Assembly: GCF_001194135.2 (NCBI RefSeq)
Contig: NC_068984.1
Coordinates: 43,591,067-43,655,066 of the forward strand
DNA: 64,000 bases
Direction of reading: 5' to 3'
Source: Octopus bimaculoides
Taxonomy: Eukaryota
This document shows positions 24,281-37,330 of the stretch, one piece after another (within the stretch, counting starts at the first letter, position 1; each line of letters starts with the position of its first letter). The notes below the pieces were generated by a model. The model was not told the origin of the DNA. It did not search any database and saw only the letters and a program-made list of their open reading frames with translations. The position numbers were made by a program, and so were the translations under genes.

Positions 24281-24541
24281 TACTTGTGTATATAAGATTG
24301 ACCAGTGACCGGTCTGTCAAAATGCTAGAAGAAGCTCACTTAAAAAATTCTCAAATACGGATTTTATTTTGAAAATGTTGATTTTGAAACTATAGTCTGC
24401 AGATAATCGAGGTATGTACAATTTTCACTGGTCTAGCCCACCTGTTTTTGCTCCGCTGAATTCGTATTTGAGAATTTTTAAAGTGAGCTTCTTCTAGCAT
24501 TTTGACAGACCAGTCACTGGTCAATCTTATATACACAAGTA
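24281..24541. mobile_element. Fold-back/MITE with 79-bp inverted arms
   Basis: 24281-24359 and 24463-24541 are reverse complements at 77/79 positions; 103-nt spacer; outermost bases are TA at both ends. Confidence 0.85.
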
Positions 24542-24699
24542 CTATAATCCTTTTAGGATCTCCAAAAAAATTTTTTTCAAGAGCCTTCTGATTCTTTTAA
24601 TGTGCTAGTTTCCTGGTATTAAATTGATATTAATTAATATCGAATTTTTACCACATTATGTTAATTATATATATATATATATATATATATGCATATATA

Positions 24700-26509
24700 C
24701 ACAGACATGACCGAGGTAAATAAACACCCCATAAAACATCGTTTTATGTTTATTCTGACTTGTGAAGGTTTATATTTTTCATTAATTGACATTTTCATGT
24801 TTCAGGTTCTATATGTGACTGTTAAATCATGCCATGTACAAAAGAAGCCTTGGAAGTGTCTGAATTTCAAAGAGGCCATATTGTTGGCCAATCTGAAGGT
24901 GGACATAGTCAGTGTAAAAACCGCAGAAAATCTTGGCATCCCACTTTCTACAGTTATTAGAGTGACTGTGCAATTCACCAGAGAGGGGACGGAGTCCAAA
25001 TCACCTCGCTCTCTTTGCTAAGAGAAGAGTGGAGGATAATCCTCATTGCAAGGCCTCTGACATAGCAGAACATGTTGATATCAGTCCCAGAACAGCTGTC
25101 AGGTGTCTCCACAAACTTGGTTACCATGGCAGAGCAGCAAGAAGGAAGCCACTTATTTGACCAGCCAATATCAAGCAGAGAGAAAATTGGGCCAGTGAGA
25201 TGGTAAAGAGGCCACTAGCATTTTGGGACACTGTCATATTCTCCAATGAGTCCAGATTTGCTGTATTTTCTGATAGCAGTTGAGTGTGGGTCTGGAGAAT
25301 CTGTGATCAAGAATTTGACGTGAAAAGATTACAGCCAACAATGAAACATGGCAGATATTCTGTGATGGCCTGGGGAGCAATTTGGAGCAATGGTCAATCA
25401 GAGCTGGTGGAGTGTGAGGGAAACATAAACTCAGATAAATATATGTCCATATTGCAGAAAGGACTCCTTCCAATCTTCTCCAGTGGTGAAATGATTAAAG
25501 AAGACTCTTTATTTATAGAAGATGGGGTTCCTTGTCATATGGCTAAAATGACCCAAGAGTTGTTGGATGAGAATGGCATTAAAAAGCTTCTATGGCCAAG
25601 TCAGTCACCAGATACGAACCCTATTGAACACCTCTAGGGCATAATGGACAATACACTTCATAATCTCATCTCATCTACGTTGTCCCATAGTATGTCCCGA
25701 TAAGGGTTTCGGTTGCACATAATATAGGAGTCGCAAGGTGTTTCTCCATGTGGCCCTACAGTTTCCATCTAACTAGGAATATTAAGGTCTCATCTATTGT
25801 CTTGCATTCAAGATCCTCTGCATGACATTCTGCTAGTTCAAATCCAATAATCTGATCTGTTAGGTCATGCCAATAACTAAATCCACGCCCTGCTGCCGAC
25901 ACCTTGATTTATAGTTATTAAGGTTTTGTCTGTCTCCTACCCTTCAACCTGTCTGGTCTGGTAAGACCTGCCTGAAGATTTCTCTCCCTCCAGCATAGCT
26001 CCCCAGGTCAATGGAGTACACAGGCACTTCACCGTGATGAGGTACTTGTTGAATTGGCCTTTAACTACACAGTAGTTCTTCTGCCCTTTGACGGGTCTTA
26101 TTTTTCAACAATCACCCTCCTCACCAAGCAAGCTTGATGGGGTTGCCAGTTTAGTTGCTCATGACCCGACCATGCGACAAGTTGTACTGGGTTACATAAT
26201 ACCAGTAAGTGCTCAGGAGTGACCGGACATAATAATAACAGTTCATAAAAAGAACAAAAAAGCATCTTCAAAGCCAAATCTTTTAAGATTCCTGCATGAA
26301 ACCGGGCAAGAAATTCTGCAAAAGAATATTCATCATCTGATCATTAACAAGCCTAATAGGGCCCTTGCATTGAAAAATGCAAGGGGCATGTCTACTAAAT
26401 ATCAAATATTCACATTATGACAATTAATAAATAATTTGAATGTATAATTTCAGATTTAAATAGACTTTAACAATTATAAGTGTGTCTATTTACTTCTGTC
26501 ATGTGTGTG
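24700..26509 (+). mobile_element. Tc1-family transposon, inactive, with TIRs, split by a LINE insert
   Basis: SEFQRGHIVG..TAENLGIPLSTV (HTH); FSNESRF; VMAWGAI; FIEDGVPCH; WPSQSPDTNPIEHL*; resumes ~26241 with ..LHETGQEI..IHHLI..PNRALALKNARGMSTKY. Imperfect ~29-bp TIRs acagacatgaccgaggtaaataaacaccc / gtgtgtctatttacttctgtcatgtgtgt. Confidence 0.9.
25664..26228 (-). mobile_element. 5'-region fragment of an RTE-like LINE nested in the Tc1
   Basis: Minus strand ...ctccattgacctggggagctatgctggaggg...ccagacaggttgaagggtagg... resembles RTE 5' leaders (from recall); interrupts the transposase frame. Confidence 0.55.
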
Positions 26510-27199
26510 TGTGTGTATGCATATATATATATATATCTATATATAATGATATTGGTAAAGTTTAAGGGACTGGCTTGGAAAACCTTAGGGAAGATGGTAG
26601 TAAGGAGCATTACTAAATGATTATAAGTGGGTGGTGGGGGAGGGAGGATTAGGTAACGGGTTTACTTAGCTAAGGGTGAGGCAGAAAAGAAGAGATTTAC
26701 TTGTATATGTCTTGAAACGTATCAGAAACACGAAGTGTTCAGGATTGTGAGACTGTGTGAGAGAAAACTAAGATGTCATTGGTGAGAGGTGTGGTTGGAA
26801 TGAAAGCATACTTGCCATCAATATATAAGACAAGAAAATGGTGTGAAATTGTTCTTCTGAGAGGTTGATGGATGTGAAGATTATATAGGATAAAGTGGGA
26901 TTACCACATGCTGATCCTACAGAGGGACAAGTAATTGAAGTTGACAGTAGTATTATAGATTTAATGCTCAAGAGCATGAAAAGAGGGAAAACCGTAGGCC
27001 TGAATGGTAGTTGTGATGTTCTAAATAACTGGTGAGGAAGGACACATGATTGACACTCAAAACAAGATTGGAAATATTAAATTCTGGATTTTAAATGTAG
27101 TTATACAAGAAGTCATACCCAGTGACTAGCATAGAAGTATATTCATAACAAAGGCAAAGGAAATTCCTTAGAGAGAAGTAAGTATAGAGGAATCAAACT

Positions 27200-27395
27200 A
27201 TGGAGAGAGTCATAGCACAATTGATCCCCGAGAGAGTAGACCTAGATGTGATGCACTTTGACTTCATACCTGGAAGAGTTACTACAGATGGCAATCTTCT
27301 CAGTGAAGCAACTGCAGAAGAAATACTTGGTGAATAATAAACCACTATTCCAGGCTTTTGTTGACTTGGAGAAGGTACTTGACAGGATACCATGT
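27200..27395 (+). mobile_element. RTE-like RT fragment
   Basis: ..KYLVNNKPLFQAFVDLEKVLDRI (decayed FVDLEKAFD motif), followed by a SINE family B tail to ~27530. Confidence 0.65.
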
Positions 27396-29022
27396 TCAGT
27401 AATTTGGTTGACTTTGCCTTCATCCATTTTGGGTTGAAAAAATAAGTACCAGTTGAGCACTGAGACTGATGAAGTCAACTGGCTTCCACTCCCCAAATTT
27501 CTGGCCTTGTGCCTACAGCAGAAAGGGTCATTATTATTATTACTATTATCATTGTCAATCAAATCTTCCTTTAGTAGACTTCTTTCTGAACTAATGAGCT
27601 GTATAATCTCTCTGCCCAGACCTACTTGATGCACTCACCACTCCTGTTATAATACCCTCTGTTATGTCTCACTTTTCAGACACAACACTAAAAACACTTT
27701 CTTCAGTCTCAAAGCTGGGACTATTGTCTTGTGCATATTATTCTTACATACATTGATATACAGAAGTTTAAAGTGATCATCAAATGCACTGATCTCTCCA
27801 GCCTGGGAGAGTCTACTGATGTAATGTTTACTGTTTCCTCCTTTTCATTTTTTATCTAATCAATAAAGAAAAAATTAGACGAGCAGAACTAACTGAAGCT
27901 ATCTAATAACAACAATAACAACACCAAATGAAAAAAAAAACACTATCGAAAATAATGCACAACTTGTTTCTTATATCTTTCAAGCCTTAAATAAAATAAT
28001 TAAAAAAAAAATGTTATTAGTAATTTATCATATAAAATTCTAATACTATGAAAGTTATAGGACTGATTTTTCAGTTTGTTCATTAATCTGAGAAAAACTG
28101 ATATAGTTAACATAAACAATCCAGAAATTGATTAAAACATGATTGCCTGTGTCTCATGTCAATTCTGACCATTCTGTTATATTTCAGTTTTAGGTCTACA
28201 AGAAACCAATACTTTTCCAATCAAGTTTAATGAATCTAATAACACATTTCACGAGTAATTATTTTTTCCCTTCTTTTCTTCAATTTAAGTTTTTTTGACA
28301 AAACACTTGCTAATCTTTTATTTAGGCCTGCTAAGCTAAATTTCATCCCTGAACTTTGTAAATGTTTTTTTTAAATTATTTTCTTAAATTAATCAACTGA
28401 TGATATTTAAATTTTTTATTCTACTTCTTTGTTTCAATATGAATTACAACTGGTTGAAATCAACTATTCATAGCCTATCTTCAGTGTTGCACTATGTCAC
28501 TGCCAAAAATTCCTAATGGTCTGTCTATCTAATTGTGAATAAACTTGATGCAAAGTAAAATTTATTGCTGTAAACAGTAGGAACACTGAAGGTCTGACAA
28601 GTGTTTTGCTGGCTTGCAATGCTGAGTTTGAAACCTCCCACAAAGTAGAGTTGCTCTAGATATACTTTATAAGAAGCAAAACAAGTCCTCAGTGTAATAT
28701 TTTTTTAAGGAAAAGCACATAGGTGTAACAATGATCATAGCATATCTATATGTCATAGATGTAACCAGTTAGGTTAAGACATAATTAACAACACTAATTA
28801 TGAAGATAACCTACTTTTCAATGTAGTTACATCACTAAATACAAAGATTGCAGTTTTAAAAATATGTGATCCCCAGCCATCAACTGTTTTCTGTTTGTAT
28901 TGAAGAGATAGAAAGAATATTTTATGTATAATCTGTATTAGAATTTTGTCCTTTGCATTTCAGCTGCAGATATGAAATATTGGTAATCTACAAGAATTCA
29001 ATAATTCCAATCTTGATTTGGT

Positions 29023-29445
29023 TTATTCTTTTATTCGTTTATTCTTTTACTTGTTTCCATCATTTGCCTGCGGCCATGCTGGAGCACCACCTTAAAGGGT
29101 TTTAGTTGAAGAAATCGTCTCCAAGACTTGATCTTTGTAAGCCGAGTACATATTCTTTCGCTGAACTACTAAGTTATGGGGACATAGACAAACCAACATC
29201 GGTTACCAAGCTATGAGATGGGAAAAAGCACAGACACAAAGACACACACACATAAATATATACATACATACATACATACATACATACATAACAGGCTTCT
29301 TTCAGTTTCTGTCTACCAAGTCCACTCACAAGGTTTTGGTCAGCTCAAGGCTATAGTAGAAGACAATTGCTCAAGGTGCCACACAGTGGTGTTGAACTCA
29401 AAACCATGTGATTGTGAAGTAAGCGTCTTACCACACAACCACACC
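29023..29445 (-). mobile_element. Full-length SINE family A
   Basis: Reverse complement of the 18818-19249 pattern with a central (CATA)n/(CA)n. Confidence 0.85.
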
Positions 29446-30621
29446 TACTCTATAAAGGGATTGTTTGATCGTAAAAGCTTTTACAAGCAACCATGCTTAT
29501 CATATACACTCATGATGGAAAGCTAGTGGTCATCTACCAAATATAACAGATGACCACGATGTATTCGGAAGAGGACCACTGAATGCATATATAATTGAAC
29601 GATATATTATGCAAAGTGTACTATTACTGCTGTAAGGGAAGCATAAGTATACTTTACATACACATGAAGTGTAGTTAGTTATTTATTTAAAGTAGTATAA
29701 TGTAAGGATACATGTCTGAAACAGTTTAGCAGTGAGTCCTATTGATACTGTTGTGGAGAATGAAAGTTGGTACATACTGCTAAGTGCAAGAGAGGATCAA
29801 CAAAGAGAAATATAATAGTCATGTTAAAAAGTAGAGTGTTGTGTAAATAGATTTTGGTGCTGGTGGTGGTATAAACGAAACAAGCTCAGAAGAGCCCATT
29901 GTTGTAATGTTTGAATAAGCATAATGAAGATACAGTGCATTAATGAGGTAAGAGCTGGACTCTGTTTGCAGTGGGGAGAGGGGATAATTATTTCTAAATG
30001 GTTGTTGTCCAGTGTGTTATTAAAATTCACTTACAATTATAAATATATATATATATATATATGTATGTGCGTGTACACAAATTTGCATGTGTGTGTATGT
30101 GTGTGTATATACATATGTATATGTATGCATATGTATGTATGTAGGTATGTATGTGTGTATGTATGTTTGTTTGTATGTATGAATCTATTTATATATTATA
30201 TATGCCACAGTGATTCAAGAGTCAGTGATGTATTCATCACAGAGTCTTGAATTTGAGTACTGAATCTTGAATGCTGAGTACTAAGAAGATCTGCATGCCA
30301 GACATTCAGACAATGGCTGTACCTATTCTACCACAGATGTTACTGAAACCATGATTGAAGATCTCTGACCTAAAGCCAGGTGTTATTAATTATACAAAAA
30401 AAACACAAAACCAGGCAAAGTCTCTAAAAAATATTATCTATCAGTTATCCAAGATATTAGCCATTGTTGTTATTGGTTTGTATCTCAATTTGAGTTAATT
30501 AACTAAAGAAGACAACTTATCATACATAATCCTTAAATTTTAATCTCTATTAAAACCTTACCACATGACAAAATATTTCCTTAATCTATGCAGTAGGCAA
30601 AATATTCCCTATAGTTTGTTA

Positions 30622-31005
30622 GTGGAAGCGCAATGGCCCAGTGGTTAGGGTAGCGGACTTGCGGTCATAGGATTGCAGTTTCGATTCCCAGACTGGGCGT
30701 TGTGAGTGTTTATTGAACGAAAACACCTAAAGCTCCACGAGGCTCCGGCAGGGGATGGTGGCGAACCCTGCTGTACTCTTCCACCACAACTTTCTCTCAC
30801 TCTTACTTCCTGTTTCTGTTGTACCTGTATTTCAAAGGGTCAGCTTTGTCACACTGTGTCACGCTGAATATCCCTGAGAACTACATTAAGGGTACACGTG
30901 TCTGTGGAGTGCTCAGCCACTTGCACGTTAATTTCACGAGCAGGCTGTTCCGTTGATCGGATCAACTGGAACCCTCGACCTTGTAAGCGATGGAGTGCCA
31001 ACAAA
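30622..31005 (+). mobile_element. tRNA-headed SINE, family C (CpG-retaining, likely young)
   Basis: Pol III A box TGGCCCAGTGG and B box GTTTCGATTCC, then a ~300-bp body ending gatcaactggaaccctcg...ggagtgccaacaaa. Confidence 0.75.
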
Positions 31006-32390
31006 TGCTTTTTTTAGTAAATAGTTATTACTTAAAGGTACAGGCAAGGATGTGTGTTTGAGAAAGTGCTTCCCAGTCATGTAGCTTCTGGTTCAGTTTT
31101 ACTGCACAATACAATGGAAACTGGAAGAAGCCTATCATGTACATATGTATGTGTGAGTGTGTAAACCCTGGTCTTGATATCACTTGATACTTTTAAGTGA
31201 GCATCACTGTCATACAAGCAATGTTGTTTATTTCCAGTCTTTCATGGAAAACATGTCAAGCTATGGCAATATATAATCATGGAAACAAGTAAGGGTTGGT
31301 GACTGGAAGGGAGTCTGGCTGTAGAAATCTGTCTGACCCATGCAAGCATGGAAAAGTAGAGGTTAAAAGGCTGATGATAATATGTATATTGTGTAATTTC
31401 AGAATTACAATGATATTTTTAGACATGGTTAATTAGAGGTTAAAGACTAATCAAATTATTTAATAAATTAATTTCTGTATTAAAGGTTTTCATGTATGAA
31501 ATATTTTTTGGCATGACTCCAAAATCTTTGAAATATGGGTAAATTTACATTCTTGATCATATTGATTTCAAATTTTGGCCCAAGACCAGCAATTTTGTGA
31601 TAAGTTGGCCCAAGACCAGCAATTTTCTGATAAGTTGATTACATTGACCTCAGTGTCCAACTGATACTTATCTTATTGACAGTGAAAGGATGAAAGGCAA
31701 AGTCCACCTCAGTGGAATTTGAACTCAGATTGTAAAGACAGACGAAATGCCAGTAAGCATTTTGTCCAGTGTGCTAACAATTCTGCTAGCTTGCCACCCT
31801 AATACATTCTTGGTTATATTAAAACAAACAAAACGAGCAAGCAATTCTTTTGGTTAATTCAAACATCACAAGTATTTTTGGTTTCCTATAATTGTTAATA
31901 GTATATGTTACTTGATCAACAACTTTTAGGTCAACATGAAAATATATTGCAAAAATTGCTAATTACTAACTGATTGTTATATTAGTGGTAAAGCAGAGAT
32001 TTGCCAATCAAAATTTAATTTGGATTGTGTTATGGTTACTAATAATGTAGTTTAAAACTCTTCGATTCTAGATCAACCTGAATTAAAACTACTTAAAAAT
32101 TCTATCATTCTGTCTATTGAGAATCATATTATCTTTCCTGAGGAAACAATGCAATCTTTCTTGAACAAATATCTTTTCCATTGAAATTCAGTTCTTGCAT
32201 GTATTTACACAAGTTAATAACCTTTAGCATTTCCCAGGTTCTTCTGTTCCAAGAAGACCTATTGAGCATACAAAAACACATCTTGCTCTCTTGAGTAAGA
32301 AAAACAATTATCATATCCAATTGAATCAGATATATCTGTTCATATAGTACATAGAAAATGAAAGAGAGAGAAAGAGAGAGAATGAGAGAG

Positions 32391-32451
<61 letters not shown>

Positions 32452-32737
32452 AAATAGCAGTCATATAAAGTATCAAGTAAAATATTGCCAATTTGTACCA
32501 AAGAGAAATTTTATCTTTTTATTTTATGTTGATTCCTAAATTTTGCTTAAGGCTACATATTTTAGAGGAGGGGTACGTATTCAAGGGAACAAAGTTTTTA
32601 GGAAGTTCTTATTTTATTGATCCTGGAAGACTGAAAGGCAAATTTGGCTCTGGAGGAAAACTTAGAATATAAACATGAAGTCTAGTGACTCTTTTGTTTC
32701 TGTCAATCCTACACTCATCTGTACCAGCACATTAGAT

Positions 32738-33026
32738 CAGTGGTTCTCAACCAGGATCCATATGGATCTTTGGGGCAGAGTGGAGGCCATAAAAATTTCG
32801 TTGTTAAAATTAATCTCCAATAAATTGGTTATATTTCTATAATACACAGACTATTTTAACCTCCCACGCTGCAATTGTATTCTTATACAATTCTTAATAA
32901 AATTTAACTACAGAAGATGTAATAAAATTCTTTTTAACATCCATCAAATGGCTAGGAAGTTTCACCTGAATAAAATAGGAATGGAATCAAAAGGTTCAAT
33001 AGGTAAAAAATGGTTGAGAAACACTG
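32738..33026. mobile_element. hAT (Charlie-like) MITE
   Basis: TIRs CAGTGGTTCTCAACC / GGTTGAGAAACACTG (14/15); 8-bp TSD cattagat / cattagac. Confidence 0.9.
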
Positions 33027-34146
33027 CATTAGACAGTATTCAGTTATACATGCTACTGCAGACCAACACAGTGACCACTACTTTAAACTTTGACATTGTG
33101 GTCAGTTTTGTATTCAAGATGAAAATTCAGAAAAAATTTTTAAAAAATATTTGTTTGTCAATTAATGAGGTGAGTACAAAATATAATTAATTACATTCCT
33201 TTTAGCACTATACACCTTAAAACAATTTTTAGATTATATCTTTATTACTTTTCCACCATGGGCTTGTCACTCTACATATGAAATGTTTTGAAAGACTACT
33301 AAAAGTTAGAATATATAATTTATAGTATCTTTGCTTATCTACTGAATAATAATTAAAAATATTGATAATTGAAAATATTGATTCCTTTCAGACATTCTTA
33401 TTAATGTTTTCAAAACAAACAGAGTAGTCTGTTAAGCACATTGTTAATTCATGAAGTTTGAATGTTCAGTTAAGATATAATAATATTTCACTCATTAACG
33501 TTTTGTAATGCAGCATCAAAAAGAACAACAAATGTTTACAAATATTAGCTCAGAGGTCAAGGTATGAGATAAGGGTCTTGTAGGTTATAAGTTCAGGTTT
33601 CTAATGCATGCAATATAATTGTAATTATATTTTATTTATTAGATGAATATGTGTTATTATTGTATACATAATTGAACTGTATTAATTGTTGTTATTATTC
33701 TTATTACTATTGTTTCTTTAATTTTTGAAGACAATATAAGTTTGGTTATATTGAAATGCAAAAATGATAAAACAGAACTGAACACAATTAAAATTCTCAG
33801 AATATTAAGCAAAATATTAAGCTACAGAGTTAACATATCTCAAGTGGTAGTTATGTGCAAAACTATTCTAGCTCTGAGAATTTGATTTCAAAAGGAGAAA
33901 CGTAAATATTCTATATTTACTTGTTTATATCAGACAAAATGTATTATTGTTTTGTTGCAGATGATAATGACAATGATAACAGTGAAACAAATGCTTCACG
34001 CAACTGCTTTGTGTTTGTCAATCAAAGACCTGTTTCTAAATGCTGCTCTATGTGAAAGATAGTAAGAGTCTATCTACCTAACTTTCTATCCATCCATATG
34101 TACATACATGCATGCATACATGCATATATACATACATGCATGCATG

Positions 34147-34177
<31 letters not shown>

Positions 34178-34506
34178 GTATGCATATACATATATATGTA
34201 TATGTGTATGTATGTATGCATATATATATATATATATATATATGTCATGTTCCGAAGTATATTATGGACAATATATTTAATGCAATATGCATTTGTGGAT
34301 TAGCCCAAAGGCTAGTAATATACTCAGTAGGGTTTAATCAATTGTATATATAACCTGAATATCTTTCTGCATGTGCTTTGGTACCTGCATAAATGCATTC
34401 ATCTATTTTTGTAGTGTACACATTTTACTTTTTGACCTGACCCTGTGCCTTACCATTTAAGTGCCTGATTCACGTGAGTCTTTATGTATATATATATATA
34501 TATATA

Positions 34507-34608
<102 letters not shown>

Positions 34609-34736
34609 ATGAGGAGTTTACATCAGGATGACACAAACTAATAGGTATGCGTTCTGAGTGCTCAAATAGATGTGCCACCAAAATTCCAGTTAGAAGTGGC
34701 TAAAGGTGGCATCCCTTTGAGTTAGTAGGTAAAGAC

Positions 34737-34977
34737 TAAAGTAGTCAGGAAAGGCAGACAATTTGACAATGCAGGACAAGGACATTTAATTTCATTAAAT
34801 TCAATCTAAAATTTAGCTACATAATGAATGGTAAAAATAGTACAAAACAGAAGTATCTTTTATTATTTTGTACTATTTTTACCATTCGTTATGCAGCTAA
34901 ATTTTAGATTGAATTTAATGAAATTAAATGTCCTTGTCCAGCATTGCCTAATTGTTTGCCTTTCCTCACTACTTTAA
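34737..34977. repeat. Long palindromic element (~110-bp arms, 18-nt loop)
   Basis: Inner arms 34774-34847 and 34866-34939 match at 72/74; looser pairing continues outward to the gap at 34980. Confidence 0.9.
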
Positions 34978-37112
34978 CCNNNNNNNNNNNNNNNNNNNNN
35001 NNNNNNNNNNNNNNNNNNNNNNNNNNNNNNNNNNNNNNNNNNNNNNNNNNNNNNNNNNNNNNNNNNNNNNNNNNNNNNNNNNNNNNNNNNNNNNNNNNNN
35101 NNNNNNNNNNNNNNNNNNNNNNNNNNNNNNNNNNNNNNNNNNNNNNNNNNNNNNNNNNNNNNNNNNNNNNNNNNNNNNNNNNNNNNNNNNNNNNNNNNNN
35201 NNNNNNNNNNNNNNNNNNNNNNNNNNNNNNNNNNNNNNNNNNNNNNNNNNNNNNNNNNNNNNNNNNNNNNNNNTATATATATATTTATCTCTCACCAGAT
35301 GGAGTACTTTTTGTTGAATTTTCTATCATGGAACAGTACATTATATATAAATGTATCTACTTATTTATTTAGTGGTTTTCCAACAGCCCAGCCACATTGC
35401 TCCTACACATTAAGGAATCCTATACCACACTTCCTTCAGTTTATTCAACTTCCATTCTATGAGCTTAAAATTTCAAATGTAATTTAGTTGTTGTATCTTC
35501 AGTGGAAGTGACGAATGTGATGGTGTGTATATATATAGTGCAAGGATATAGGTAGTGCTATGTTCATACTGTTAGAATCATAGTTTTAATGCAGCTTGTA
35601 GCTTAAGTTATGCATTTTAAATTTAAAAAATGATGCAATAAATCTAAAAGGAGAAACAGTTTTAATTTTTATCTTAAAATCTAAGGATTCTTTACAATCA
35701 TTTGGTAGTGCACTCCTTATATTGAGATCTGAGTTTCCTAATTATATATTTATGGCTGTTATTAAGTGCTATTAAGAAAATAATGATGCTTAGTTTGGAA
35801 GATTATTAAAAAAATGCATTTGAGTAAGAAGGAGCCAAAATGAATAGCTGAGACCAGAGTAGATCTCTTAAACATTGTTGTTGTCTTGAGTTTGGGTCGC
35901 TGTTAAAGATTTATAGTTAAAAGTATTCTAGCCATGACTATCTCATCAATATTTAAGGAGCTGTAGTCTTTGGACCACATTATCTGATTGATTTTTAAGG
36001 CACCAGGGTGTGGTTTGAGAGAGATTTGCCAAGTATTTCAAGCAAATTGAGCAATAATGCAGAGGCTCCCTTTTTGGCCTGTACATACATGCCTTATTTT
36101 GTTGGTATCCAATAGATACAGAAGCCAACCTCATTTTGAATGGATACAGTAACAATTGACTTATAAATGGTCAAGTCGATAGTGTTTTAGACTATTGACA
36201 GAATAGTCCGTAGTCCCTATCTCCAACATTGTTGAGTCAACTTCAACCTGTTCACTACAACTAAGTCATTTGGTTATGTAACTGTTTGTGGTCAGTACAG
36301 CTAATTATAAATAAGTAACATGGGAAAGTACAGCTATGAAAACATTTGAATGCAGTTGATATGTATTTTGTTAACTGCAGTGGCTGATAGAAGACAAACC
36401 ATCATGAAATTCATTGCAGCTTATCAACCATTCATGGATGGAATTCATTTAGAAAATAAGACAATCAATACCTATTTGTCATCTTTGCATTGGGTAATAT
36501 TGATTAATTGATTGTAAAAATAAAAGTAAAAGGGGACTTCCTGTAGAAAAATAATCAATTTTTAATAATCTTTCCAGTTATAAATTAAACCTTCAACCTC
36601 TTAAAAACACTATATTATTATGCATTCTCCAAAACTCTGATTATATGTATACAAAACTGAAACATATCAAAAACAGTCTCTATTGAAGTCTTCACACCCT
36701 TAAGTCTAAATGTTCTCATTCTTTTGAAATAAGACAATACACAGAAGAAAAAAAATCTTCTTTGAGGATTAACAGATTTTATAATGGAAATTTTGCTTTC
36801 AATGTGTGAGGTAGAGTGCAGCATTTACCAGAAAGGTAAAAAGAAGAAATTTCAGAGTTTAGTATCTAATGAAAATGAAGTTGAGTACAGATTTTTTAAA
36901 CCATTTAAATAAGATTTAAGGTTAAACTGAAATTCAAGTTTGAACTAATTCTAACTAGACTAATCTGAGGATAGTGAAAATAAACCATAAACCTGGGAAT
37001 TTATCTTAGATATTAGAAAGTACTTTCTGTTTCACGAGCAGAAATTTTTCCTTTAATTGTTCAATAATTAGCTCATTGTGAAAGAAAGACTAATTAATAT
37101 TAAAACAGTGTA

Positions 37113-37330
37113 AGGTGGCGAGCTGGTAGAATTGTTAGCATGTCAGGCAAAATGCTGCTAAGCATTTAGTCCATCTTTATGTTCTGAGTTCAAATTCCAC
37201 TGAGGTCAACTTTGTCTTTCATCCTTTTGGGGTCAATAAAATAAGTACCAGTTAAGCACTGGGGTTGATATAATTGACTAGCACTCTCCCCTGAAACTGC
37301 TGGCCTTGTTCCAAAATTTAAACCAATATT
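37113..37330 (+). mobile_element. tRNA-derived SINE, family B (further partial copies to ~37800)
   Basis: ggtggcgagctggtagaattgttagc...gttctgagttcaaattccactgaggtcaactttg.ctttcatcctt.tggggtcaataaaataagtaccagtt. Confidence 0.8.

Noticed and set aside
26620-27050. Possible LINE C-terminal (Cys/His) relic on the minus strand; similar at 5300-5480
   Set aside because: Too degraded to assign a family from the sequence alone.
30622-30700. tRNA gene
   Set aside because: A/B boxes are present, but there is no complete cloverleaf and it continues into a SINE body.
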